A DNA stretch of 32,000 bases from Candidatus Saccharimonadota bacterium (GTDB taxonomy: Bacteria > Patescibacteriota > Gracilibacteria > Absconditabacterales > Absconditicoccaceae): positions 780,001-812,000 of the forward strand of contig CP006913.1 in the NCBI GenBank assembly GCA_000503875.1, written 5' to 3'. A program made the position numbers and the translations under genes. This document shows positions 1 through 10,135 of this stretch, in pieces; within the stretch, counting starts at the first letter, position 1, and each line of letters starts with the position of its first letter. The notes beneath the pieces are model-generated. The model was given only the letters and a program-made list of their open reading frames with translations. It made no database searches and had not been told where the DNA came from.

Positions 1-907
1 GTCCAGATTCAACCTTAGAATATTTAGAATATTTATTTAATAAATCAGATTGAATAAGAGGATAACACCAATTCTTTTTTTCAAGACTAATTATTTTTAT
101 TCAATTTTTATCAAGATAGTTCCTTGTAAAACTTTCAAATTCTTGATAAGAAAGCATATTTCACAATCTGAGAGAGAAAATTCATTTGGCAGTATTGGGG
201 ACAATATTAGCCTGAGAAACTATTATTCAATCTTTATCAATACCTCAATGTATACCAGCTAAATTTGTTAAAGAAACATATCAATCACTATCTTTTGTTT
301 GGATATATTCTTCTAAATTTTCAATATAATGGATATATTCTTCTATAGCATTGATTCCAAGATGTTTTAAAGCTGAATGGACAGACACTCATCCTATTTG
401 TAAATTTACAACAGCTATTCATCTAAATCATGTATATATTATTTTATTCGTTGGCTCAGTTACAATAGTTAATTTGGGTTTTATTTTTCATCCATACACT
501 TCTACAAATTTTTTCATACCCAAAAAGTTATATTCTTCATCTGTATACGAAAGAATCCAAAATTTAATTTTATTTTTAAGCATAAAATCTATCAATGCTA
601 TGTTAATAGCAACACCAGCTTTCATATCCACAGCTCCCCTACCATATAATTTATTTCAATCAATTCTAGGAATAAATTGTTCTTTAGATAATTCAGGAAC
701 CACATCTACATGTCATGCAAGGATAACATCAGGTTTATTTGTATTTTTTATAATCAGATTATACCTTCATTTATCTGATATATCCTGTTTTTCATAAATA
801 AGCTGATCTCAATAAATATTTCTAACATATCCTTCGATAAACTCGATAGCTTGGTTTTCTATCTGAGTTGTATCGAAAGTAATAAGCTTTTGTAAGAAAT
901 TTAACAT
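1..907 (-). CDS. M20 family metallopeptidase (ArgE/DapE/acetylornithine deacetylase-like); the C-terminus runs off the window
   Basis: ATG at 907..905. The frame has no TAA/TAG down to position 1 (checked codon by codon). Motifs with TGA=Gly: 'VILAGHVDVVP', 'DGNKLYGRGAVDMKAG', 'NLAGIHGGI'. The plus-strand ORFs 50..262 and 351..797 are antisense shadows. Confidence 0.8.
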
Positions 908-923
908 AATTATTTTAAAATAT

Positions 924-1463
924 TTAAAAGTTAATACGTTTTACCATAAATCATGAAACAATTTCAGAAAGTTTTTCAACATCACTATAATCATGATCAT
1001 TTCCTGGCAATTCCACGAAAGAAAAATCATTTGAAATCTGACTAACTTCACCTACAACTTCCAAATAGCTACCCGCTGGATCTTCTTTATTTTGGATGAA
1101 CAAGACGGGACATGAAATTTTGGATAGATACGTTTTTAACGAAAATCACATATTTTTAATATATCACAAAGGCAATCATACAAAAATACATTTTTTCGGG
1201 AGAAATCATTGATCGATCATAAGTTTCATAGCCAATACGGTTCCCAATGATTTTGCGAAGATCACCAAATCTTTCTGATCTTTGATTTTTGAGTAAACAA
1301 GATTTATCTCTTTTTCTATATCCATACTTCCCTCTCACGACAACCAATGTTGATATTCATGGATAGTTGTTTCATCAAAAAGAGAAGCGAGTTGTTCCTC
1401 CACTTTTTTAATCCAGCTTTGATTATGAATACTATTTCAACCAAGGAGAAGAAGGTTGGGCAT
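924..1463 (-). CDS. small alpha/beta-fold serine hydrolase (about 179 aa)
   Basis: ATG 1463 to TAA 924-926, no in-frame TAA/TAG. It has a nucleophile-elbow-like 'FAKSLG', then 'VLFIQNKEDP' and 'GNDHDY'. It sits 16 nt upstream of the M20 gene. Confidence 0.65.
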
Positions 1464-1487
1464 AAAAGCAAGATAAGGAATAAAAGA

Positions 1488-2294
1488 CTAAAGATCTATA
1501 ATCAACCCATCATGAGCAAAATCAAATGGAACATCCTTATAGGTATTTTTCATTTTTTCTAGATAATCTAGTCACCAGGCATTAATTTCTATCTCTTCAA
1601 TATGAGTCAAAAGAGTCTTTTTCGGAGCATACAATTTCAATCTATCCATTAATTGCGGGAATCAGATTTCACTTTTTACTTTTTCGTGACTAAAGACTCA
1701 ACATTCAGTAATCAGTAAATCAAGATTTTGCGCTTCTTGCTGAAAACTAATGGTATCACAAGGTGTATAGAGGAATCTTTTTCTTCATTGTTCAAAAAGA
1801 TATCAATAAGTTTCAGATTTTTCTCCTGTAAATCATATTGCGGTTACCTGCGTATCACCAATAGTTACAGACTGATTGTGTTCTATATATACGATATTTG
1901 CTAGACCAAGAACATCAACAAAATAGTTGATAGAAGGATAGTGTATTTTCATGTCTTCATGAACTCTTTTCGGCATATAGAGTTGGATAACTTTTTGTTT
2001 CTTTTCCTCTACAAAATCAAAATATGATTGTAAAACATTCCTCAAGCCAAAAGTATGATCTGGATGTCGATGCGTAATAAAAAGATTATCTACATCAGAA
2101 ATATCAGATTTATTTAGAGCGTCAGCAATATCTTCACCACAATCTACCAATGCTTTGATATCATGCACGTAAAGAGAACAACTATTTCTTTTATACGGCG
2201 CACCTATCGTCCTTGCTTTTTTACAAACATCACAGACACAAAAAGGTCTTGGTGTAGGTATAGCACCTCATGATCATAGAATTTGGAGTTTCAT
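1488..2294 (-). CDS. MBL-fold metallo-hydrolase, PqqB/PhnP-like
   Basis: ATG 2294 to TAG 1488-1490. The N-terminus 'MKLQILGSGGAIPTPRPFCVCDVCKKAR' matches the Cys-rich PqqB/PhnP N-terminus. 'ITHRHPDH' is the MBL HxHxDH motif. Track fragment 1833..2168 is extended through TGA codons. Confidence 0.8.
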
Positions 2295-2358
2295 GGGATA
2301 GTGAATTATAGAGTTAAATCATTATTATTTTAATGGTCAATCGGTGATTTTCAATATT

Positions 2359-2646
2359 TTATTGAAAAAAATCATCCTTAAATTGAATCATTCAAAATTT
2401 CAAAAAATCATGAAGTTGAATGTATATATCTTTAGTTATAGATTCTTTATCTCCTATATATTTTGAAAGGAAATAGTCAACAATCTCGCCAACAGTTTTT
2501 TTACCATCGATTTGATTAAATATTTCAGATGCAATACCATTCATCTCATATAAAATTTCTTTCTCTGTATCAAAAGCCATCCCAGCATTTTCTTGGACTC
2601 TATGGGTTAATTTATTCTTTTTAATAAAGATAGAATTTCAGTTCAT
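2359..2646 (-). CDS. PqqD-family peptide chaperone (RiPP recognition element)
   Basis: ATG 2646 to TAA 2359-2361. '...AFDTEKEILYEMNGIASEIFNQIDGKKTVGEIVDYFLSKY...DIYIQLHDFLKFGMI' follows the PqqD pattern (LNxtaaxIwxxxDGxrTvxEI). It sits 16 nt downstream of the rSAM gene. Confidence 0.7.
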
Positions 2647-2662
2647 AAAATCATTTTAATAA

Positions 2663-3547
2663 TTAAAGTTTACAAGTAATACAGGTCTTAAACTGATTAT
2701 ATTTAGATTCCTCATAAATATCTTTGACGGATTTTTCAAAAACATTTCACATTTTTTGAAAGACAAAAGTACAAGGATAGACATTTCAATCAGGAGCTAT
2801 GGTTATTCGTTTTTTTCATGCAACACATTCATTTTGATTTTTAACTTTTTCTTTTTCTTCTCAATATAGGTATTCTTCTAAAAACGAGTAAATATATTTA
2901 TCATGAAACAATAGATTTATTCTATTACTATAATTTTTTTTATAAGATTGCCATAATTTCACAATAAGATCTCTATATTCAGCGTATGGTAGTAATCATG
3001 TATAACTCTTATTATCTCTTATAGTTAACATACTTATTTCATGAGCTCATTTTGATATAGCAAAATCAATAACATCCTCTAATTCATTTTTATTTAATTC
3101 AGATATTGTAGATGAAACGGCCCGTTTTAATTTCGATTTTCATAAAAGATCAAAACAAGCCATTACTTTTTGAAAACTTCATTTTACGCCTCTAAAATCA
3201 TCATAAATATTTGGATCACAACTATCTAAACTAATATATATTTTATCCAATCATACTTTTTCTAAAAAAGTAATTTTCTCTTGTGTTAACAGGATGCCAT
3301 TTGACATCATAACAACATAAAATCATTTTTCTTTCATATACGTTAATGCCTCTTGTATATATGGATATGCAAGAGGTTCCCCATGAGAAAGGACTATTTT
3401 AATAACTCACAAGTCATACAAATCATCTATTAATGATTTCACAAAATCTATACTAAAACTTTTGTTGTTTTTTACAGTTTTAGCATAACAATGTTTGCAA
3501 TTCAGATTACAGATGTATGACAATCACAAAAAAGCTTGAAACAACAT
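2663..3547 (-). CDS. radical SAM enzyme with a short SPASM/twitch-like C-terminal Cys cluster (PqqE-like peptide maturase)
   Basis: ATG 3547 to TAA 2663-2665, 294 aa, every codon checked. It has 'CNLNCKHCY' (CxxxCxxC), 'LSHGEPL', and a C-terminal 'ECVAGKKRITIAPDGNVYPC...TCITC'. Confidence 0.85.
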
Positions 3548-3640
3548 TTTTCTAGATAATTAATTAAAAACATAATAACGTACTTTTCTTATCTCATGGG
3601 AAACAATACTAATTCTTTTGGCTTTTATTCAACTTCTAAA

Positions 3641-3694
3641 CTAGCAATTACAGCTAATTGTTTTCACGACTGTGATAGGTTTTATCCACATCAT
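3641..3694 (-). CDS. candidate 17-aa precursor peptide MMWIKPITVVKTISCNC (PqqA-like 'MWxKP' leader)
   Basis: This is the only ATG-initiated ORF on the operon strand in the 173-nt gap between the amidohydrolase stop and the rSAM start. Its N-terminus resembles PqqA ('MWKKPAF..', 'MWTKPAY..'). No obvious SD. It is very short, so it remains speculative. Confidence 0.25.
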   Translation of the reverse strand: MMWIKPITVVKTISCNC

Positions 3695-3720
3695 GATTAA
3701 TGGGTTAGGAAATAAAAGGT

Positions 3721-4689
3721 CTAGGATATTTTAAAACATCTACTAGCATTTTCATAGAATATAGATCTTAAGTCAGAGTGATTAAGCCCTTTTTTATATC
3801 ATTCATATATTAATCTATCTACGCTTCATCGATCTCTTTTACTCCATTTTCCTCTGTCATAGATATTCCATCAAAAGTCAGTATCAAACAGCAACTGATT
3901 CACAGGAATATTATCAAGACACCATTTCATCACATTATCATCTTTATCATAAAGAGACTCTTTCTCTTGTCATAAAAGCAGGTCTGGACCAATTCAGAAG
4001 CTTATATTTTTATTTCATTCAGCCAAACGTACTGCTTGTTTTGAAAGCCTTCACGCATGAGCAATATTAAGTTTTAAATTATTATCAATTCAAAACCTAA
4101 CTCGATCTATAGGATTATTTTCTTTTTTTAACTTTTGAAAATGATTTTTTGGATCTCAATCATAGTAATCTGTATGTACTATAAGTTGTTTGTCATATTT
4201 TTGTAACAGAAAAACCAAATCTTTTGATATATTTTTTGTTGATGTTGAAGTTGATATTCCATGAATTTTTACAGCACAAGTAGCTTCATTTTTTAATATT
4301 TTTTCCGTTTCTTCTTTATCATCTAAAATCGGATGTAACAATGGAACATTATAGAACACAACGTCATTTTGGGACGTATTCAATTCACGGGTAATCTTAA
4401 ATAGGTCTTCATTAACATCTCCATACGGATTCCTAGGATTTCTAATTGTTTTCTGTCACCAATTGTATGTTTCTTTACGTAGGTACATAATCTTTCACTC
4501 TTCAATTTCTCGCATACAAGGAAGATATGACATATCTTTTTTTTGTATTATTTGGGTTGCTACTGGAATCAATAAGGTTTTTTTAATATCAATCTTCGTC
4601 GCTTGTTTAATATATTCTTTTATATCACAGACAGCTCCAAAGGGATCTATTCCCACATGGCAATGAGCATCTATTACATCAAACGTCAT
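3721..4689 (-). CDS. amidohydrolase-2 / TIM-barrel metal-dependent hydrolase family protein
   Basis: ATG 4689 to TAG 3721-3723 (322 aa), codon-walked. It has 'VIDAHCHVG', 'NIAHAG' and 'LLFDTDFGW'. It joins track fragments 4495..4689 and 4156..4383 through TGA. Confidence 0.75.
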
Positions 4690-4824
4690 CTTATATTACA
4701 TAAACATAATAAAATTATTGTTGTCTGACTTTTACAATTCCCAAAAAAGAAAAAAACTGAGAAAACAAAGAAAAAAACTAGACTAGTTTATAAGCCATAT
4801 TTTGAAATACAATCTTTCAATAAT

Positions 4825-4851
4825 AAAAAAAACCAGTCTTCTCAAACTGGT
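4825..4851 (-). terminator. Rho-independent terminator after aspS
   Basis: On the minus strand: ACCAGT-8 nt loop-ACTGGT, followed by a run of 8 T. It lies 20 nt after the aspS TAA. Confidence 0.55.
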
Positions 4852-4870
4852 CTTTAAATCAAAATCTGAT

Positions 4871-6640
4871 TTATATAATTTTTATATTTGCTTGTTTCAA
4901 TGTACTATCAGATAATGCTGATGGTGACTTAAACAATAAATCTTGGGCCGACCCATTCTTTGGAAATGCAATAACTTCACGAATAGAAGACTCTTTCTGT
5001 AAGATCATCATCAATCTATCTAATCCCAATGCAATACCTCCATGTGGTGGTACCCCATAGGAGAAAGCATCCAACATATGACCTACACTATGCTGTGTTT
5101 GTTCTTTAGTATACCCCATCACTTTATAAGTTGCCTTAAGGATTTCTGGAATATGAGACCTGATAGATCCTCCTCCTATTTCGTTTCCGTTGAGAACAAT
5201 ATCGTATTGCTGTGCATGAATTTGATCTACATGTTCGCCTTTTATCAACCAATCTATATGCTCTATTTTTGGCATAGAAAAAGGGTTGTGGGTGAATTTC
5301 CATTTCCCTTCATCAGTTTTTTCAAACATAGGGAAATCAGTAATCCAACAAAATGCGAGCGTATCGTCATCATAGAGTTTCAACATTCTTCCTAGTTCTC
5401 TCCTTACTTGATCCAGTGCCTTGTTTGTTGTTTCTGGATCACTTGCAGAAAAGAATATTACATCACCTGGCTTTGCTTCTGCTTTTGCAACAATTCTTGC
5501 AGAAACATCTTCACCAAGATATTTGATAATTGGTGATTGTAGTTGATCTTCGTGAACAATAATATAGGCCAATCCTCACAATCATTTACTTATAGCAAGA
5601 TGAGTAAGATGTTCTATATCTTTTTTGGTAAGGTTTTTCTCTACTTTAATACATTTCACAATACCTCATTTTTCTATTGGAGCCTTAAAGACCTTAAAAT
5701 CAGTGTCTCTAACAATATCGGTAATATCTTTCATTTCCAAACCGAATCTAATATCAGGTTTATCAGAACCATATTTTTCCATAGCTTCAGCATAAGGAAT
5801 TCTGACTATCTTAGGTGATAATAATTTTTTTTCAGGATAATAATCTTTTACAATTTTGAGAAGCAATTCATCTATGATACTAATTACTTCTTCTGGCTTT
5901 GTAAAAGCCATTTCCATATCCAATTGAGTAAATTCTGGTTGTCTATCTCCTTTATCATCTTCATCACGAAAACATCTGGCTATCTGATAATATTTATCAA
6001 CTCCTGATACCATAAGCATTTGTTTGATTTGTTGAGGTGCTTGTGGTAACACATAAAAACTTCCTGGATGTATTCTACTTGGAACAATAAACTCTCTAGA
6101 TCACTCATCTGTACCTTTGTTGAGAATTGGAGTTTCTACTTCTATAAAATCTTCTTTATCCAAAACATCTCTCATAGTACGGATCACTCTATGCCTCATT
6201 ACAATGTTCTTTTTTACTTTCTCATTTCTCAAATCTAGAAATCTGTATTGTAATCTCTGTTGCTCATTTACTTTTTTAGATTCTTTTATTTCAAAGGGAA
6301 GTGTTCTCGATTCAGACAAAATATCAATAGACCTGGTATCTAATTCTATAGTTCCCGAAGATATCTTTTTGTTTATATCATCCTTATCTCTTTGGCAAAT
6401 AGATCAAGAAACCAATATAACAGATTCCTTTTTGTATCTCGTTATTTTCTCAATATCAGGGAAATCTTTTTTTGAAAATTTTACTTGAAAAACATGATCA
6501 TCCTCACGCAAATCAATAAAAACCAAATCTCCATGATCACGGATAGATGCAATCCATCAAGTAAGTTTTACTTCTTTTCCAATATCTTTTTCTGAAAGTT
6601 CTTTTATTTTATGTGTTCTATACGTAGAGAGAACTACCAT
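4871..6640 (-). CDS. aspS: aspS portion (class II aspartyl-tRNA synthetase), possible independent start at ATG 6640
   Basis: '[46 protein letters not shown]' looks like a normal AspRS N-terminus (OB fold). There is an in-frame ATG 21 codons after TGA 6704-6706. Confidence 0.55.
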
Positions 6641-8131
6641 TTTTTCTTTGTCTTTTTGTTCTACAGTACTATCTTTTGAAGACAAATACTCCTTATCAGT
6701 TTCTCATAGAGAAATCTTTTTGATTATCTCTTGTTTTATTTGTTCTGCAGCGGAACTTTTTCATAAAAGTTTTATAACTTCTCAAACCAAAACATTGATC
6801 TTTTTGGTATCACCTGCTTGAATTTTCCTGACGATATCTTTCTTTTCATCAAGAACTTGATCTACCATATGAGAAAAATCCTCTCCTGAAGATTGATGTT
6901 CCAAAACATATGTTTGATAATCAAAAGCTGGATCAATCAATATCTTCTTAAGAACATCTTTTAAAAGATCTTTAGCAAACTTTTTTTCTTTGTGATATAA
7001 AAGAAGTCCTGCTATTGTTTCCACATCCAATATTTTGTATTCTTCATCAGAAATATGGTTCATAAGGATTTTAGCTATACCAAGAAGATCTCAAACCTTA
7101 TCATTGATAGCAAACAAGGTATGGGCTTTTTGGATGTTTGAAGAAAAATATTTTGATTCCAAAACCGTTAATCAAACCTCCATCAATTTTTTTTCTATTT
7201 CATAGGGCAAGAACGCATATTCAACTTCAATATCTTTTTTGAGATCAGAAATATCTATAGAAGGAATATCTGGTTCTTTGATAAATCTATAATCGTTCGC
7301 GTTTTCTTTTGTTCTCATAATCTTGATAGTTTTGGTCTTCTCATCCCATAATACCGTTAACTGATCTGTTTTCGCTTCACCAGTTTTTTCCCAATGACGT
7401 ACCTGTGTTTCTATTTCTTTGTTGATAGCATCTTTTGCAAATTTAAACGAGTTTAAGTTCTTTATTTCTGTTCTTTCATTGAGTTTTTCTTCTCCTTTTT
7501 TTCTGAGTGAAATACTAATATCAGATCTCAAATGTCCTTTTTCCATATCTGCTTCAGAAATATGCAATGATCTAACCAAGTTCTGTATTGATTCCAGATA
7601 CACAATAGCATCATCAATTCTCTTAATACTAGGTTTTGTTACAATTTCTATAAGCGCTCTTCCTGATCTATTGAAATCAACCAAAGAATACCCTTCCTTA
7701 TGGACAAGCTTTCCTGCATCTTCTTCCAAATGAATATGATCCAAATCAACCGAAAATTCAGTTCCATCGTTTCTTATACAACGAACTTCTCATCACATAA
7801 CAATAGGGTGTTCCAACTGAGTCAACTGGAATCATTTTGGTAAATCTGGATATTCATAATGTTTTCTATCCCAATCAATAATATCCAAAATTTTAGATTT
7901 TATTGCAATCCCTAGTTTTACCGTTTTTGCAATAGCTTCAGCATTTGGTTGTGGCAAAACACCTACATGTCATGTACAAATAGGACAAACATATTTGTTT
8001 GGTTCTTTACTTTCTTCATTTTTACAAGAACAAAACATCTTTGATCTCGTGTTGAGTTCAACATGTGTTTCCAATCCTATAACGGGTTCTACTCATAGAT
8101 CTTCGAGCCTCTGATCTAATGTTTTCATCAT
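4871..8131 (-). CDS. continuous code-25 ORF encoding GatB (N-terminal part) fused in frame to aspartyl-tRNA synthetase (C-terminal part)
   Basis: One frame runs from ATG 8131 to TAA 4871-4873 (1086 codons) with no TAA/TAG; the junction 6641-6781 was checked triplet by triplet. GatB motifs: '[20 protein letters not shown]', 'HLEEDAGK', 'LVGEVIKLLGKSS'. AspRS motifs: 'LVFIDLRE', '[12 protein letters not shown]', '[10 protein letters not shown]', 'GGGSIR', 'GLDRLMM'. The only former-stop-like codon at the junction is TGA 6704-6706. Confidence 0.7.
6704..8131 (-). CDS. gatB: gatB portion (Asp/Glu-tRNA amidotransferase subunit B), delimited only by TGA 6704-6706
   Basis: This alternative reading assumes the TGA terminates. 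Homology to the GatB C-terminal (YqeY-like) tail ends around '...[11 protein letters not shown]', immediately before this TGA. Confidence 0.5.
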
Positions 8132-8151
8132 ATCACATATAAAGAATAAAA

Positions 8152-9564
8152 TTATTCACACAAAATATCTAGGTTGTAAGCAAATTTCAAAAGTTCATTA
8201 TCCTTGCTATAATCTCACGTAATTTGGATTCCTGTCGGAGAATGTAATGGTAATGAAATAGTCGGTAATTTCCCAAGACTAAACCCAACCGTGTACATAT
8301 CTGACATATACATAGCGAGCGGATCGTCCAAAGTAGTTCAGATTTTTGGTGGTGTCTTTGGAGTAACCGGAGAGAGAATAAAATCTACTGCTTCAAAATC
8401 TTTTTTGAAATGTTCAATTAATTTTTCTCTTGCAATTAACGCTTTTATATAATATTTATCTAGAAATCATTGAGAAAGAACCTGGTTTCCCGAAATAATT
8501 CTTCTCTTTGTCTCTTCTGAGAATCAAAAGAATCTGGTTTCTTCATAAAGGCTTTTAAGATCTTGAACATCAGCATGTCTATATCCATATTTAATTCCAT
8601 CTATACGAGACAAGTTGGAAGCGGTTTCCGCCATAGCAATAATATAATAGGTTGCAATAAGGAGTTCATCATTAAAGAAAGTTAATTCTTTGACTGTTGC
8701 TCCCTTTTCTTGGAGTTTAGAAAAGACTGTTTCAATGCTTTTTTTAATTTCTGGATCAAGAGCTTCGCTTTCTAGGAAACTCTTATAATACCCAACTTTG
8801 ACCTTAGAAAAATCAAACGTTTCTAAACTTTCCAAGGAATGTTTTTTGTAGGAGATACTGGTAAAATCTTTTTCATCCTTACCAGCCACGGCATTCATAA
8901 TAAGCTGAATATCTGAAACTGATTTTGCTATTGGTCAAACCGTATCCAAAGATGAGGCATAGGCCATACAACCATATCTAGAAACAGCTCAATAAGTAGG
9001 TTTCAATCAAATCACTTGGTTATATCCAGCGGGTTGTCTAATAGATCCTCACGTATCTTCTCCTATAGAAAAAGTGGTAATATCTGCGCTAACGTTTGCT
9101 GCGCTTCCTCAACTTGATCACCCAGCAACTAATGTTGGATCTATCGCATTTTTTGTAGGTCAAAAATGAGAGTTCTCTGTAGTACTTCCATGTCCAAATG
9201 CATCATTATTTTCTTTCGCAATTAAGATTGCTCCTTGATCCAAAAGCTTTTCAACAACCGTTGCGGTATAAGGAGCTCTATAATTTTCCAAAATCATAGA
9301 TGATCACGTAGTGATGGTATCCTTCACCAAAAAAGTATCCTTTACTCAAAAAGGGATTCCTTCAAGATCTTTAAGTTTTTTTCAAGATTTAATTTTCTGA
9401 TCAACAAGTTTTGCCTGCTGTAGTGCACTATCTTCCAAAATAAGAATACATGAGTTCAATGTATTATCTTTTGCTTTTTTGAGTTTCTCTTTAATAAAAT
9501 CTTCACAAGAATATTTTCCTGAAAGATAGTCTTCGTGGATAGAACTAATTGTAGATGTTTTCAT
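8152..9564 (-). CDS. gatA: Glu/Asp-tRNA amidotransferase subunit A
   Basis: ATG 9564 to TAA 8152-8154, no in-frame TAA/TAG (gaps checked). The amidase signature 'AGGSSGGSAANV' has two glycines written as TGA (9109-9111, 9118-9120). Also 'GIPFGVKD' and 'LPTISLP'. Confidence 0.9.
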
Positions 9565-9589
9565 ATATACTATTTTTATAGAGTAAATT

Positions 9590-9847
9590 TTATTCGATTA
9601 CTTTAGGTATCTTGAGGTAATTATCTTCTTTCTGAGGAAATGAATTAATGATTTGGGTATTTATGCTTTCTATTACCTCATCCTTTCTTAATTGAGAAAC
9701 TTTGATGGTGTGTTGGGCTTTATTAGCATGAGCAAATTTTGCAACTTCTTCATCTGACACATACTTATCCAAAACGTCAAAGAAGTTCATAATATTAGTC
9801 TGTTCTTTCGCTCATTTGATTTTAGAGAGTTTTTCCAAGCTGAACAT
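9590..9847 (-). CDS. gatC: Glu/Asp-tRNA amidotransferase subunit C
   Basis: ATG 9847 to TAA 9590-9592 (85 aa). The C-terminus '...LRKDEV...KEDNYLKIPKVIE' matches the GatC pattern. It sits 25 nt upstream of gatA. Confidence 0.8.
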
Positions 9848-9919
9848 AATATATGGGGTAAATAATAAAACGAGAAGAATATAGCGATACTAGTAAAGAA
9901 AAAAACTGAGAAAGTTAAG

Positions 9920-9951
9920 AAAAAACCTCCCTAGAGATTTTTCTAGGAAGG
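9920..9951 (-). terminator. strong hairpin plus T-run in the ansA-gatC spacer
   Basis: Minus strand: CCTTCCTAGA-6 nt loop-TCTAGGGAGG (10 bp, one mismatch), followed by TTTTTT. Confidence 0.5.
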
Positions 9952-10135
9952 TTTATATGTTTGTATCATAAACTTTGTATCTAGAAAAATCCCCTTGGCG
10001 GAAGGTTATTATTGTTATTATTAACTTGAGTTAATACTATTTTCATCTAAGGATCTCGTACACAGATATAAATATCATAGCATGACAAATATAATCATAT
10101 AACTAAAAAATGCAAGTTTGTTTTGAAAAGAATAA

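Noticed and set aside
50-1562. Plus-strand ORFs 50..262, 351..797 and 1347..1562, and minus-strand ORF 1156..1347.
   Set aside because: They are antisense or off-frame relative to the M20, alpha/beta hydrolase and MBL genes. The 1156..1347 product is a basic, low-complexity out-of-frame translation of the alpha/beta hydrolase gene.
3475-3573. Cys-rich 33-codon ORF 'MFLINYLEKCCFKLFCDCHTSVIGIANIVMLKL' starting at 3573, considered as an alternative precursor peptide.
   Set aside because: It overlaps the rSAM N-terminus out of frame. Its cysteines are frame-shifted echoes of the CxxxCxxC coding sequence.
5042-7733. Plus-strand ORFs 5042..5395, 5543..5818, 6117..6488 and 7419..7733.
   Set aside because: They are antisense to strongly supported aspS and gatB coding sequence. 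They have low-complexity F/I/S-rich composition and no motifs.
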